A stretch of DNA of 64,000 nucleotides from the human T2T-CHM13v2.0 reference genome, Homo sapiens. The stretch is taken from assembly GCF_009914755.1 (NCBI RefSeq), contig NC_060928.1; one strand, written 5' to 3'. A program made the translations under genes and the position numbers. Positions 1 through 14,430 of this stretch are shown one piece after another. Positions within the stretch are counted from its first letter, which is position 1, and each line of letters opens with the position of its first letter. Below the pieces are notes generated by a model. It was not told the DNA's origin. It ran no database searches and saw only the letters and a list, made by a program, of their open reading frames with translations.

Positions 1-182
1 ATGTAGAAGATTCCCCACAATCAAACAAGTTAAATAGCTAGGTCTTCTAAAACCTAATTTGTTCCTAAATCCAAAACAAGCATGGCCATTTTGGTGACAA
101 ACATAGTGAAAGACTGGTGCCCAGCCTTAAAGATTTGCTCATAGATATTAAATTGCAAAATTTAAATCTTAGAAATAGAGGA

Positions 183-760
183 TGTGGTGGGCAATATTAG
201 CAGTCAACTAGATTCAACTGAGGGATGACTAGATGACAGGCAAAGTATTATTTCTGGGTGTGTTTGTGAGGGTATTGATAAAGGAGACTGACATTTGAGT
301 TGGTGGACTGGGAGAGGAAGACCCACCCTCAGTGTGCGTGGGCAACATCCAATAGGCTGCCAGTATGGCTAGAACAAGGCAGGTGAAAGAAGGTGGAATT
401 AGGTTGCTTGCTGAGTCTTCTGGTTCTCTCTCTCTCTTTTTTTTTCCACGCCGAATGCTTGCTTCCATTCCTCCTCTCCTTGGACATCAGACTCCAGATT
501 CTTTGGCCTTTGGACTCCAGGACTTGCACCTGTGGCTTCCTAGGGGTTCTCAGGCCTTTGGCTGCAATGTTGGTTTCCCTGGTTTTGACACTTTGCACTT
601 GGACTAAACCATCAGCAACTTCTCTATTTCCCTGCTTGCAGATGGTCTATCATGGGACTTCACCTTGTAATTGTGTGAGACAATTCTCCTTAATAAACTC
701 CTTTCTATATACACATGTATACTATCGGTTCTGTCCCTTTGGAGAACCTTGTCTAAGACA
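183..760 (+). mobile_element. MLT2 (ERVL) solo LTR, MLT2B-like
   Basis: Begins TGTGGTGG, ends ...GGAGAACCTTGTCTAAGACA. Contains the MLT2-type segment 'attatttctgggtgtgtttgtgagggt...ggactgggagaggaagacccaccctc'. Perfect 5-bp TSD GAGGA at 178-182 and 761-765. Confidence 0.88.
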
Positions 761-773
761 GAGGATTAAAGAA

Positions 774-1103
774 TTTTTTTGTTATTTTTTAATAGATACA
801 CAGTAGGGTGTTGCTCTGACAACCAGGCTGGAGTGCAGTGGCTTAATTGTAGGTCCCTGGAGGCTCAGTCTCCTGGGCTAAAGTGATCCTCTTTCGTCAG
901 CCTCTGGAGTTGTTGGGATTATAGGCACACACCACCACACCTGGCTAATTTCTTATTTTTTTCTTTTCTTTCTTTTTTTTTTTTTTTGAGATGGGATTTC
1001 ACTATATTGCCCAGACTGGTATCAACTTCCTGGTCTAAAGCAATCCTCCCACCTCAGCCTCTTAAAGTGCTGGGATAGCAGTCATGAGCCACTGTGCCCA
1101 GGC
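774..1103 (-). mobile_element. Alu (old, AluJ-like)
   Basis: Poly-T, then 'ccaggctggagtgcagtgg', a T-rich linker and 'cctcagcctcttaaagtgctggga...gagccactgtgcccaggc'. Heavily diverged. Confidence 0.9.
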
Positions 1104-3030
1104 TAATAAAAGATTTTGGAAATCAATGTATTCAGAACCAGACCTCCAGCAGCAGCAGGAGGTAGAGTAAACTAACTCTAGATCTGACCGCCCCAGGATG
1201 AGATTGTCATAAGTGAAGATAGTGTCAAGGCATTAGTTAAAGCAACTGAAGCCTCAGATAATGCTCTAGAACCAGCATGTAAACTGGAAGTCTCAGAATT
1301 TTTTTTATATAAATCTCTGGCTCTATAGACTAGACCAAATGCAAAAAAGTTCGTTGAAATCAGCTTTTTCTTTTATTTCCATAGGTTTTTGGTGAATAGG
1401 TGGTATTTGGTTCCATGAGTAAGGTTTTCAGTGGTGATTTGTCAGATTTTGGTGAACCTATCTCCAGAGCAGAATACAATGAACCCAATTTGTGCTTCTT
1501 TATCCCTCCACCCCTTCCCACACTTTCCCCCGGAGTCCCCAAAGTCCACTGTGTCATTCTTACGCCTTTGCATTCTCATAGCTTAGCTCCCACTTATGAG
1601 TGAGAACATACATGTTTGGTTTTCCATTCCTGAGTTACTTCACTTAGAATAATAGTCTCCAATCCTATTCAGATTATTGCAAATGCCATTAATTCATCCC
1701 TTTTTACTGCTGAGTAGTATTTTGTCATATATATATATATATGCCACAATTTCATTATCCATTCGTCGATTGATGGACATTTGGGTTGGTTCCACATTTT
1801 TGCAATTGTGAATTGTGAGCTATAAACATGCATGAGCAAGTATCTTTTTTGAATAATTACTTCTTTTCCTCTGGATAGATATCCAGTAGTGGGGTTGCTG
1901 GATAAAATGGTAGTTCCACTTTTAGTTCTTTAGGGAATCTCCACACTGTTTTCCATAGTGGTTGTACTAGTTTACATTCCCACCAGCAGTGTAGAAGTGT
2001 TCCTTTTTAACCACATTTACACCAACATCTATTATTTTTTTATCTTTTGATTATGGCCATTCTTGCGGGAGTAAGGTGGTATTGCATTGTGATTTTGATT
2101 TTATTTCCCTGTTTATTAGTGATACGGAGCATTTTTTCACATGTTTTTTGGCCATTTGTATATCTTCTTTTGAGAATTGTCTATTCATGTCCTTAGCCCA
2201 CTTTTTGATGGGATTTTTAGCTTTTTCTTGCTAATTTGTTTGAGTTCATTATAGATTCTGGATATTAGTCCTTTGTCAGATTTACAGATTGTGAAGATTT
2301 TCTTCAACTCTATGGATTATCTGTTTACTCTGCCGACTATTCCTTTTGCCATGCAAAACTCTTTAGATTAATTAAATCCCAGCTATTTATCTTTGTTTTT
2401 ATAGCACTTGCTTTTGGGTTCTTGGTCATGAAATGCTTGCCTAAGCCAGTGGCTAGAAGGGTTTTTCCAATGTTATGGTCTACAAATTTTAGTTTCAGGT
2501 CTTAGATTTAAGTCCCTTGATTCATCTTGCATTGATTTTTGTATAAGGTGAGAGATGAGGATCCAGTTTCCTTCTCCTATACGTGGCTTGCCAATTATCC
2601 CACCATCATTTATTCAATAGGGTGTCCTTTCCCTACTTCATGTTTTTGTTTCCTATGTCGAAGATCAGTTGGTGTAAGTATTTGGGTATATTTCTGGTTT
2701 CTCTATTCTGTTCCATTGGTCTATGTGCCTATTTTCATACCAGTGCTGTTTTGGTGACTATGGCCTCGTAGTATAATTTGAAATTAGGTAATGTGATGTC
2801 TCCAGATTTGTTCTTTCTGCTTAGTCTTGCTTTGGCTATCCAGGCTCTTTTTTGGGTTCCATATGAATTTTAGGATTGTATTTTCTAGTTTTATGAAGAA
2901 TAATGGTGGTATTTTGATGAGAATTGCATTAAATTTGTAGATTGCTTTTGGCAATATGGTCAATTTCACAATATTGATTCTACCCATCCATGAACATAGG
3001 ATGTCTCCATTTGTTTGTGTCATCTATGAT

Positions 3031-3337
3031 TTTTTTTTTTTTTTTTGAGATGGAGTCTCACACTGTTACCTGGCGTGGAGTGCAGTGGAGAGATCTCAGC
3101 TCACTGCAACCTCCATCTCCCAGGTTCAAGCTATTCTCCTTGTCTCGGCCTCCCAAGTAGCTGGGATTACAGGCATGCACCACCATGCCTACCTAATTTT
3201 TTTTTTTTTTTGTATTTTTAGTAGAGATGGGGTTTCACTATGTTGGCCAGGATGGTCTTGAACCTATGACCTTGTGATCCACCCACCTTGGCCTCCCAAA
3301 GCGCTGGGATTACAGACATTAGCTGCCATGCCCAGAC
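3031..3337 (-). mobile_element. AluS inserted in L1PB ORF2
   Basis: Full dimeric Alu. TSD catctatgatttt (from 3021) / catctctgatttt (from 3338). Confidence 0.93.
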
Positions 3338-4742
3338 CATCTCTGATTTTTTTCAGCAGTGTTTTGTAGTTCTCCTTGTAGAGGTCTTTCATCTCCTTGG
3401 TTTTATATATTCCTAAGTATTTTTTTTTTTGCAGCTATTGTAAAAGTAGTTGAGTTCTTGATTTGATTCTCAGCTTGGTCGCTGTTGATGTATAGATCTA
3501 CTGATTTATGTACATTAATTTTGTATCTGGAGACTGCTGAATTATTTTATCATTTCTAGATGTTTTTTTGGAGGAGTCCTTTGGTTTTCTAGGTATGCAG
3601 TAATATCATCAGCAAACAGCAATAGTTTGACTTCATCTTTACTGATTTGTATGAATTTTATTTCTTTTTCTTCTCTGATTGCTCTAGCTAGGACTTCCAG
3701 CACTATGTTGAACAGAAGTGGTGAGAGTGGGCATCCTTGTCTTGTCCCAGTTCTCAGAGAAAAAATGCTTTTAACTTTTCCTAATTTAGTATTATTTTAG
3801 CTGTGGGTTTGTCATAGATAGCTTTTATTATGTTGTATGCTGATTTTGCTGAGTGTTTTAATCATAAAAGAATGCTTTATTTTGTCAAATGCTTTTCTGT
3901 TTTTGTGGTGTATCACATTTATTGACTTGCTGATGTTAAACCATCCATGCATCCCTGATATGAAAACCACTTGATCATGGTGGATTATCTTTTTGATATA
4001 TTGTTGGATAGCTAGTTATCTAGTATTTTGTTAAGGATTTTTACATCTGTGTTTATCAGGGATATTGGTCTGTAGTTTTGTTGTTGTTGTTGTTATATCC
4101 TTTCCTGGTTTTGATATTAGGGTGATACTGGTTTTATAGAATGATTTAGAGAGGATTCTCTTTTTCTCTATCTTGTGATATAGTGTCAATAGGATTGGTA
4201 CCAATTCTTTGAATGTTTGGTAGAATTCAGCTGTGAATCCATTTGGTCCTGGACTTTTTTGTGTTGGGTATTTTTTTAATTACCATTTCAATCTCACTGC
4301 TTGTTATTAGTCTGTTCCCGGCACCTAATTCTTCCTGATTTAAGATAGGAGGGTTGTATCTTTCCAGGAATTTATCCCATCTCCTCCAGGTTTTCCAGTT
4401 TCTGTGTGTAAAGCTGTTCATAGTAGCCTTGAATGATCTTTTGTATTTCTGTGGTATCAGTTTTAATATCTCCCATTTTGTTTCTAATTGAGCTTATTTT
4501 CATTTTCTCTCTTCTTTTCTTGGTTAATCTTGCTAATTGTCTATCAATTTTATCTTTTCAAAGAACCAGCTTTTTGTTTCATTTACCTTTTGTATTTTTT
4601 TGTTTCAATTTAATTTAGTTCTGCTCTGATTTTGGTTGTTTCCTTTCTTCTGCCTGGTTTAGGTTTGGTTTGTTCTTGTTTCTCTAGTTCCTTGAGGTGT
4701 GACCATAAATTATCTATTTGTGCTCTTTCAGACTTTTTGATG

Positions 4743-4775
4743 TAAGGATTTAGGGCTATATAAGGATTTAGGGCT
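4743..4775. repeat. Short direct duplication (taaggatttagggct x2)
   Basis: 15-mer at 4743-4757 and 4761-4775. Confidence 0.85.
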
Positions 4776-7700
4776 CTTCCTGTTAACACTGCCCTTGCTG
4801 TATCTCAGAGGTTTTGACAGGTTGTGTCATTATTGTCATTCAGTTTGAAGAATTTTTTAAATTTGCATCTTTATTTCATTTTGGCCAGTGTTTATTCAAG
4901 GGCAGGTTATTTAATTTCCATGTATTTGCATGGTTTTGAAAGTTCCTTTTGGAGATGGTTTTCAGTTTTATTCCACTGTGGTCTGAGAGAGTACTTGATA
5001 TAATTTCAATTTTCTTAAATTTATTGAGACTTGTTTAGTGGCTTGTTATATAGTCTATCTTGGAGAAAGTTCCATGTCCTGATGAATAGAATGTGTTATA
5101 TTCTGCAATTGTTGCTGGAATGTTCTGTTAATATCTGTTAAGTCCATTTGTTCCAGTGTATAGTTTAAATCTATTGTTTCTTTGTTGATTTTCTGTCTTT
5201 ATGACCTGTCTAGCCCTGTCAGTGGTGTATTGAAGCCCCATACTATTATTGTGTTGCTGTCTATCTCATTTCTTAGGTCTAGTAGTAATTGTTTTATAAA
5301 TTTGGGAGTTCCAGTTTTAGGCACATATATGTTTAGGATTATAATATTTTCCTCTTGGACAAAGCCTTTTAACATTATATAATGTCCCTCTTTGTCTTTT
5401 TCAATTTCTGTTGCTTTAGAGTTTGTTTTATCTCATATAATAATAGCTACTCCTGCTCACTTTTGGTGTCCTTATGCATGGAATGTCTTTTTCTACCCCT
5501 TTACCTTAAGTTTATGTAGTACTTATGTATTTGATGTGTCCCTTGAAGGCAGCAGATGGTTGGTGAATTTCTATCCATTTTGCAATTCTGCATCTTTCAA
5601 GTGGAGCATGTAGGTCATTTACATTCAATGTTGCTATTGAGATGTGAGGTACTATTCTATTCATTGTGCTATGTGTTGCCTATATACCTTGTTTTTTTTT
5701 TTTTCCAAAAATGTATTTTTTGTAGGTCCTGTGAGATTTATGGCTTAAAGATGTTCTGTTTTGATGTTTCCAGGATTTGTTTCAAGATTTAGAGCTCCTT
5801 TTAGCAGTTCTTGTAGTGCTGTCTTGTTAGTAGCAAATTCTCTTAGCATTTGTTTGTCTGAATAAGACTGTATATTTTCTTCATTTATGAAGCTTAGTTT
5901 CACTGGATACAAAATTCTTGGCTGATAATTCTTTTGTTTAGGGAAGCTGAAAATAGGGCCCAAATTCCTTCTAACTTGTAGGGTTTTTGCTGAGAAATCC
6001 TCCGTTAATCTGATAGTTTGTTGTTGTTGAATAGGTTACCTGGGTCTTTTGCCTCACAGCTCTTAAGATTATTTCCTTTGTCTTAACTTTAGATAACCTG
6101 ATGACAATGGTCCTAGGCAATGATCTTTTTGTGATGAATTTCCCAGGTGTTCTTTGAGCTTCTTGTATTTGGATGTCTAGTTCTCTATCAAGGCTGAGAA
6201 AGTTTTCCTTGATTATTCCTCTGAATATATTTTCTAAACTTTTAGATTTCTTTTCTTCCTCAGGTACACCAATTATTTTTAGGTTTGGTCATTTAATATA
6301 ATCCCAGTCTTCTTGCAGGCCTTGTTTATTTTTTCTTATTCTTTTTTCTTTGTATTTGTTGTATTGGGTTCCTTCAAAATCCTTGTCTTCAAGCTTTGAA
6401 ATTTATTTTTCTGCTTGTTCGATTCTATTGCTGAGACTTTCCAGAGCATTTTGCATTTCTCTAAGTGTATCCATCATTTCCTCAGGTTTTGATTTTTTTT
6501 ATTTATGTTAATTCACTGAATATTTCTCCTCTCATTTTCTTTTATCATTTTTGTTTTGATTTCCTTAAATTGGACTTCATCTTTCTCTGGTGCCTCCTAT
6601 TAGCTTAATAAATGACCTTCTGAATATTTTTCAGGTAAATCAGGGATTTCATCTTTGTTTGGATCCATTGCTGGTGAGTTAGTGTGATTTGGAGGGGGTT
6701 GTTAAAGAACCTTGTTTTGTCATATTACCAAGAATTATGTTTCTGGTTTCTTCTCATTTGGGTAAGTCTATGTCAGAAGGAAGGTCTGGGACTCAAGGTG
6801 GTTTTTCAGATTTTTTTGTCCCACAGGGTGTTTCCTTGGTGTAGTACTCTCTCTCTTCACCCAGGGATGTGGCTTCCTGAAAGCCCAGTTGTAGTGATTG
6901 CTATCTCTCTTCTTGATCTAGCCACCCAGCAGGTCTACAAGGCTCTGGGCTATTACTGGGGGTTGTCTGCACAGAGTCCTGTGATGTGAACTGCCTGTGA
7001 GTGTCTCAGCCAAGGATACTCGCACCTGTTCTGGTAGAAGTGGTGGAGGTGGTGAAATGGATGCTGTGAGGTCTTTTGTTTCGGTTGTTCAGTGCACTAT
7101 TTTTGTGCTAGTTGGCCTCCTGCCAGAAGGTGGCACTTTCAAGACAGCATCATCTGTGGTAGTATAGGGAGGATCAAGTGGTCAGTGGGACCCTAGAACT
7201 CCCAATAGTATATGCCTTTTGTCTTCAGCAATCAGGATGGGTAGGGAAAGACCATCAGGTGAGAGCAGGGCTAGGTATGTCTGAGCTCAGACTCTCCTTT
7301 TGCAGGTCTTGCTGTGGCTGCTGTGGGGGATGGAGGTGTGGTTCCCAGGTCAATGGAGTTATGTTCCCAGGTCAGGTCGATTACGGCTGCCTCTGCTGTG
7401 TCATGCAGGTTGTCAGGGAAGCAGGGGAAAGCTGGCAGTTACAGGTCTCACCCAGTTTCCACACAATCCAAAAGGCCTGTCTCACTCCCACTATGCTCCC
7501 CCATCAAACAGCACCGAGTCTGTCTCCAGGAGGTGGGCAAGCTGGGCTGAGAGCTTGCCCCAGGCTACCAGCCTCCCAGTTGTGCAAGCAAGGATGGCTT
7601 TTGTGCCTCCCTGCCTGTGGAGTCTGCACACTGGATTCACACCCTCCCCCCGAGTTCTGGCCCAGGAGACCTCACATTCAGCTGGAGTTGTCACAAAGTT

Positions 7701-8989
7701 CAGCTAGAGGTTTGCTTCTCCCTGCAGTCTTTTCCCAGTACATCTGGCAGCTTTCCCCAAGGACCCTTGTCAGACAAGGCAGAAATGGCTTCCCAGTGGA
7801 CCCAGAGAGTCCACAGGGCTTTTCCCGCTGCTTTCTCTACCCCTGTATTTTACTCAGCTCTCTAAATTGACTCATCTCCAGGTAAGTTCAGACTCTTCTC
7901 CTGTGATCTAGACCTTCAGGTTCCCCAGTAAGGGTGTGTGTTTGGGGGTGGACGATCCCACTTTCCTACTTCCACAACTTGGGCGCTCGCAATATTTGGC
8001 GCGTCTCTTGGGTCCTGCAAGAGCAATCTGCTTCCTTCATAGGGTCTGTGGGTTCTCTCAGGTTTCCTGGTTTATTCCTGCAGTAGTTCTGGAGCAAAAG
8101 TGCACTATGCAAGTCTCCTCACCCTGCTCTGTCCATCTGCGTGGGAGCTGCAATCTAGTCCTGCCTCCCATCCACCGTGATCCCTAACTCACTGAGATCA
8201 GCTTTTGATATGGTTCTTGCTCTCAGTACTTAAACTACGAGTAAAAGGAACCAGAAAATATGTTACATTTTCCATCGTAATAACAAAGAGACAAAAGTGT
8301 TAGCTGCAAAGGAACACAGATTACTAGAATAACTGCAGGAAAACTGACTCAGAGCACCAGCTAATACCATAGGAGGATATTGGAATAAATATTCAAATAA
8401 AGAATAATACAGTTCTCATTTTTTAAAATAAGAGATATTGTCACAAAAAGCATATAAAAAGTTTGTTCTGAATGTCAGAAATGTTTCTGTGTCAATCTGA
8501 ACCATAAAAAATAGATGAACTCCTCTACAAGTAATGCTTTAGATATTTCAAAGCAGGAGGCAATGCATACTTGTCTACACTGAGTTGTTTGCCCTTGCAC
8601 ATGTGTATATATATATATATATATATGTGTGTGTACTTAAAGAAATTTCATAACGTACACATTTTAAAAGATTATTGTTTTAACAAATTATTATGGAAAA
8701 AAGTGGCTTCTCAGCATCCCAAAGACATTTAAAAAGCTACGTGAGTTATGTTGTCATATCCAAATTCAAAATGAAGCAATTAATGAAAAAAGACAAAGTG
8801 ATTTTACAAGTAAACAAATTGTTACAATATTTTTATGAAAAATCTTTCTAGAAAATCTGGTACCCAATAATAGTGTTAGGTAGGTAATACATCAAAATGT
8901 GTTTACAAATTGAAAAATGGAAGAATGTAAAATATCCTTATAATGACACATATAAACTATAAGGCAATGGTAAAAGTAGCAGCATAGAT

Positions 8990-10425
<1,436 letters not shown>

Positions 10426-11643
10426 TTGTAACTTGAAAACTTTTTATTTTTAGAAAAATGTTAGATTTACAGAAAAATTACAGATGGTACAAGTTCCCAT
10501 TTATCTTACACCTAGTTCTCTTATTATTAACATCTTATCTATTATATTTGTTACAATTAATGAAGCACTATTGATACACTATTATTATCTAAAGCCCATA
10601 CTTTTTTCAGAGTCTCTTAGTTTTTGTCTACTGTTCTTTTTTCCTATTCCAGGATCCAGTCAAGGAGACCATATTACAGTAATAATTATGTCTCAGCATC
10701 CTCTTGGCTAAGACAGTTTCTCTGACTTTCACTTTGATGATCCCATCAAAATTTAGATTTTGATGATCCCAGAACTTTTGAAAAGTAGAAGTCAGGTATT
10801 TTGTAGAATGTTCATCAATTGGACTTGAATGATCTTTTTCTCATGGTCACACTGGGACTATTTGAAGAGAAAGAGCAAAGATGTAAAGTGCCATTTTTAT
10901 CACATCATACCAAGTATATATACTGCCAACATGATTTATCGCTGTTGACGTTAACCTTGCTTGTCTGTCTGAGAAAGTGGTGGTCAGGTTTCTTTACTAT
11001 AAAGTTACTCTTTTCATCTCTGTTTCCATGCTACATCAGTTGGAAGGAAATCACCATGTAAATGCCCCACGCTTAAGAAGTGGGGAGTTACTTGCTCCTT
11101 CATTAAGGGTTGTCTATCTATATAAATTGTTTGGAAGTCTTCTGCTCAGAAGATTTGTCTTTTATAGCTTATTTATTTATTCATTCATTTCTAAAAGCAT
11201 AAAGTCAATTTTGTTTTATATTTTAGGTTATAATTTAATACTAATTTATTTTGTTATTCAAGTGCTTCTAATCTTTGCCATTGGAAGCTTTCAGTTGACC
11301 CCCATGTCCCTTTGACATACCCCAATTTTTGTGATATGTTTTCTTTGATTGGTTGATTTTGAGCATTTCTTTTCTTTCTAATGCTATCAGATACTCCAGG
11401 CTCATACTATGTAGTTCCTTCACCAGTACTATAACCTATCATGCCTCCAAGGAGCTGCTATCATCAGGGAATGATATTACAAACCAAGGTCTATTTAAGT
11501 GTGACTGTTGATTCTAGGGTACCATTCCTCCTAGTTCCTCTTATATATGTGTGTATGTGCATTTGTGTGTATATACACACACAGGTATGCACACATTAAT
11601 ATATGTGTTCATATAACCCATATATACCCATTATCTTTAAGTA

Positions 11644-11694
11644 GTAACCATCTGTTTCTATTAAGCCATATGTAACCATCTGTCTGTATTAAGC
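11644..11694. repeat. Short tandem duplication (period 28)
   Basis: gtaaccatctgtttctattaagc / gtaaccatctgtctgtattaagc. Confidence 0.75.
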
Positions 11695-13873
11695 TAAACA
11701 TGGGTTCATGCTGACACCTCAAACTCAAATTAATTTCCACATGGATCACTCCAGACTCTGACCCTTGTTTATTTGTAACCTTTCTCTCTAACAGTGAGAA
11801 ACTTGGCACCCAACACCTACTATTCATTTACATAATTGTTTCATTACAAGATACAGTTATAAAGGTATTAAAATTGTTAACCTATGACTCTGTGGAGAAC
11901 AATGGGATTAACTAGAGTATAATATTTATGTATAGTTTATTTTTACTTTAGTCTTAGGAACTACTCATTTCCAAAGTTACTTATGATAGCAGCTTTTCCC
12001 CCATGCCTTTCAGGGTGTATGTTTCATACATTGTTTAATGCTGTCAGATTGTTTTATAGCATTCTTTATTGTACGCTGAATCTACAGACTTCCTTTATTT
12101 ATTCCTTCAACAATCTTCCTGTCTTAATATAGATTAAAGTTTCTGATCTTCCTGAAAAACTTTGACTTTTTTTTCAGAGAACCTTCACTGAGAATGAATT
12201 CTATCAGTTTTTCTTTGTCTGAAAAAGTTCCTATTTCTCCTACACCTTTGAAGGATAATTTCACAGGATATGGAATTCTAATTGGTGAATGTTTTTCTTC
12301 CAACATTTCAGATATTTCATTCTGCTCTCTTCTTAGTTGAATGATTTCTGAATAAAAATCCATTTTGAGCATTTGTAATTCTTACTATTGTTTTTCCATA
12401 GATACTTTTTTTGTTGTTGGTGATGGTGGTGGTGTTTTTTTGTTGCTGTTGCTGCTGCAGCTGTTGTTGTTTTGCCTTGTCTTCTTTCAAGATTTTTATT
12501 TTTCTAAAATTTGAAAACAATATATTCAGGTGTAGATCTGTGTTGTTTATTCTATTTGGTGTTCTCTGAGTTTTCTGGATCCATGGCTTGGGGCCTGTCA
12601 TCAAGTTGAAAATTCTTGGCCATTATTACTTCAATTTATTTGGCTCTGTCTGTTTTCGCTCCTCTTCTGGCATTCCACTTACAGCATACATATTTTATAG
12701 CTTTTGAAAGTGTGCACAGATCTTGGATATTCTGTTTTGTCTGAGGGTGAGGACAGTTGTATTTTATTGTGTCTGTTTCTAATTCTTTTTACTCTTATAT
12801 TTTAGTTTGGGAAGTTCCTATAAACATTCAAGCTTTCTAATTATCTTCTGGGTCATGTTCACTAATTAGCCCAATAAAGGCAGTTTTCATTTGTGTTACA
12901 ATGTTTTTATCTCTAAAGATTCCTTTGGGTTTTCTTAAGAGTTTCCATATCTCTGCTAATATTACCTATCTTTTCTTGCATGCTGTCTACTTTTTTCCAT
13001 TAGTCCCCCTAACATGATCCTCATAATTATTTTAAATTCCTTGTCTGATAATTCTAAAATTTTTCTCACATCTGAGCTTGCTTCTGATGTTTATTTTTAC
13101 TCTTTACCGTGTGATTTTCTCTTGCCTGTTTGCATGGCTTGTAAATTTTGTTGAAAGTCAGACATAATATATTGGCTAATAGGAATTGAAGTACATTGGC
13201 CTTTAATGTGAGGTGTTTTATGCTAATAAACTTAAGACTTTTAGGCTGTGTTTAATGTTTACTATAGCTGTAGATGCCAGAGGTTTTAAATTCTTCTATA
13301 ATCATTATTTTAGTCTTCTTTCTTGACTTTCAGCTTCCCTAGGTACTCCTCTTAAGAGAGAGTCTGTGTCTTATAGCATATTCAACTGTAATTCACTGCT
13401 ATTACTGGAACCCTGTTGGTATGGTGGTCAGGTTGTGACGTAGAGGAAGTGATCTATGATCTTATGATTAAAACTCAGTGTTTTAGTGGGTCTTTGTGTC
13501 TGGGCTGTAACCACAAATATTTTCTAGTAGTATATTTTTTATCCTCCTAAAGTTAGACAATAAGTCTAGAGGGTCTATAAAATGAGGAATTACCTTCCTC
13601 AGCTTGGATAAGAGTCTAGTAAAGTCATTTTCCCTGGAAGTGGGCCCTGTTATAGAGAATGATCTAGATATATTTCACAGTGGTTACTCTTTTTCTCCCC
13701 TTGCCAATATTATGAGAGGATCTCTACTGAATCTCCACTGTACAGAACCTGGTAGAGTTCCTACAGGTAAAAGTAAAGGTAAAACTGAGGAAACTACAGC
13801 CCACAGTAGTTTCTGAAGATAATGCGCACATATCCTCTAGCAATTCATCAAATAATACTATTTAAGTATTATT

Positions 13874-14193
<320 letters not shown>

Positions 14194-14430
14194 TTACTAC
14201 CAGCCTTATGGCCCCAGTAACTTCTAATCTAGGTAAGCAAAACTTGGCTATGCCACACTGTATTTCCCTGTTTCTCCAGATTAAAGGATAGTGTTTTCCC
14301 CAAAATCTTACTTCTCTAAAAAGACTAACAAAAGTTGCTGATTTTCAGTATATTTAGTTTTTCCTTGCCATAGGACAGAGTAAGCACTTCTAAGCTCTTT
14401 ACACGTCTGGACTAAAACCATAACTCTTTC

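Larger units (their letters stand above)
1369..8192 (-). mobile_element. Full-length L1PB (L1PB1/L1PBa-type) LINE-1, inactivated
   Basis: L1PB 3'UTR at about 1370-1700. ORF2 remnants include 2784..3023(-) [24 protein letters not shown]1 remnant 5745..5963(-) YQPRILYPVKLSF. GC-richer 5'UTR at about 7000-8190 ends 'gggagctgcaatctagtcctgcctcccatcc'. 14-bp TSD tgaaatcagctttt (1355-1368) / tgagatcagctttt (8193-8206). Confidence 0.92.

Noticed and set aside
183-260. MLT2 LTR as a DUX4/zygotic-activation promoter
   Set aside because: The corresponding motif region reads caactagattcaact and does not match TAAYYBAATCA on either strand.
1105-1355. Possible coding or CR1-like remnant (cagcagcagcaggaggtagag)
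   Set aside because: No sustained reading frame and no match I can support by eye.
7178-7870. Longest ORF (230 aa, + strand) and overlapping ORFs
   Set aside because: Antisense to the GC-richer L1PB 5'UTR, GTG start, no recognisable domain. L1 ORF0 is described for younger L1PA elements and does not resemble this.
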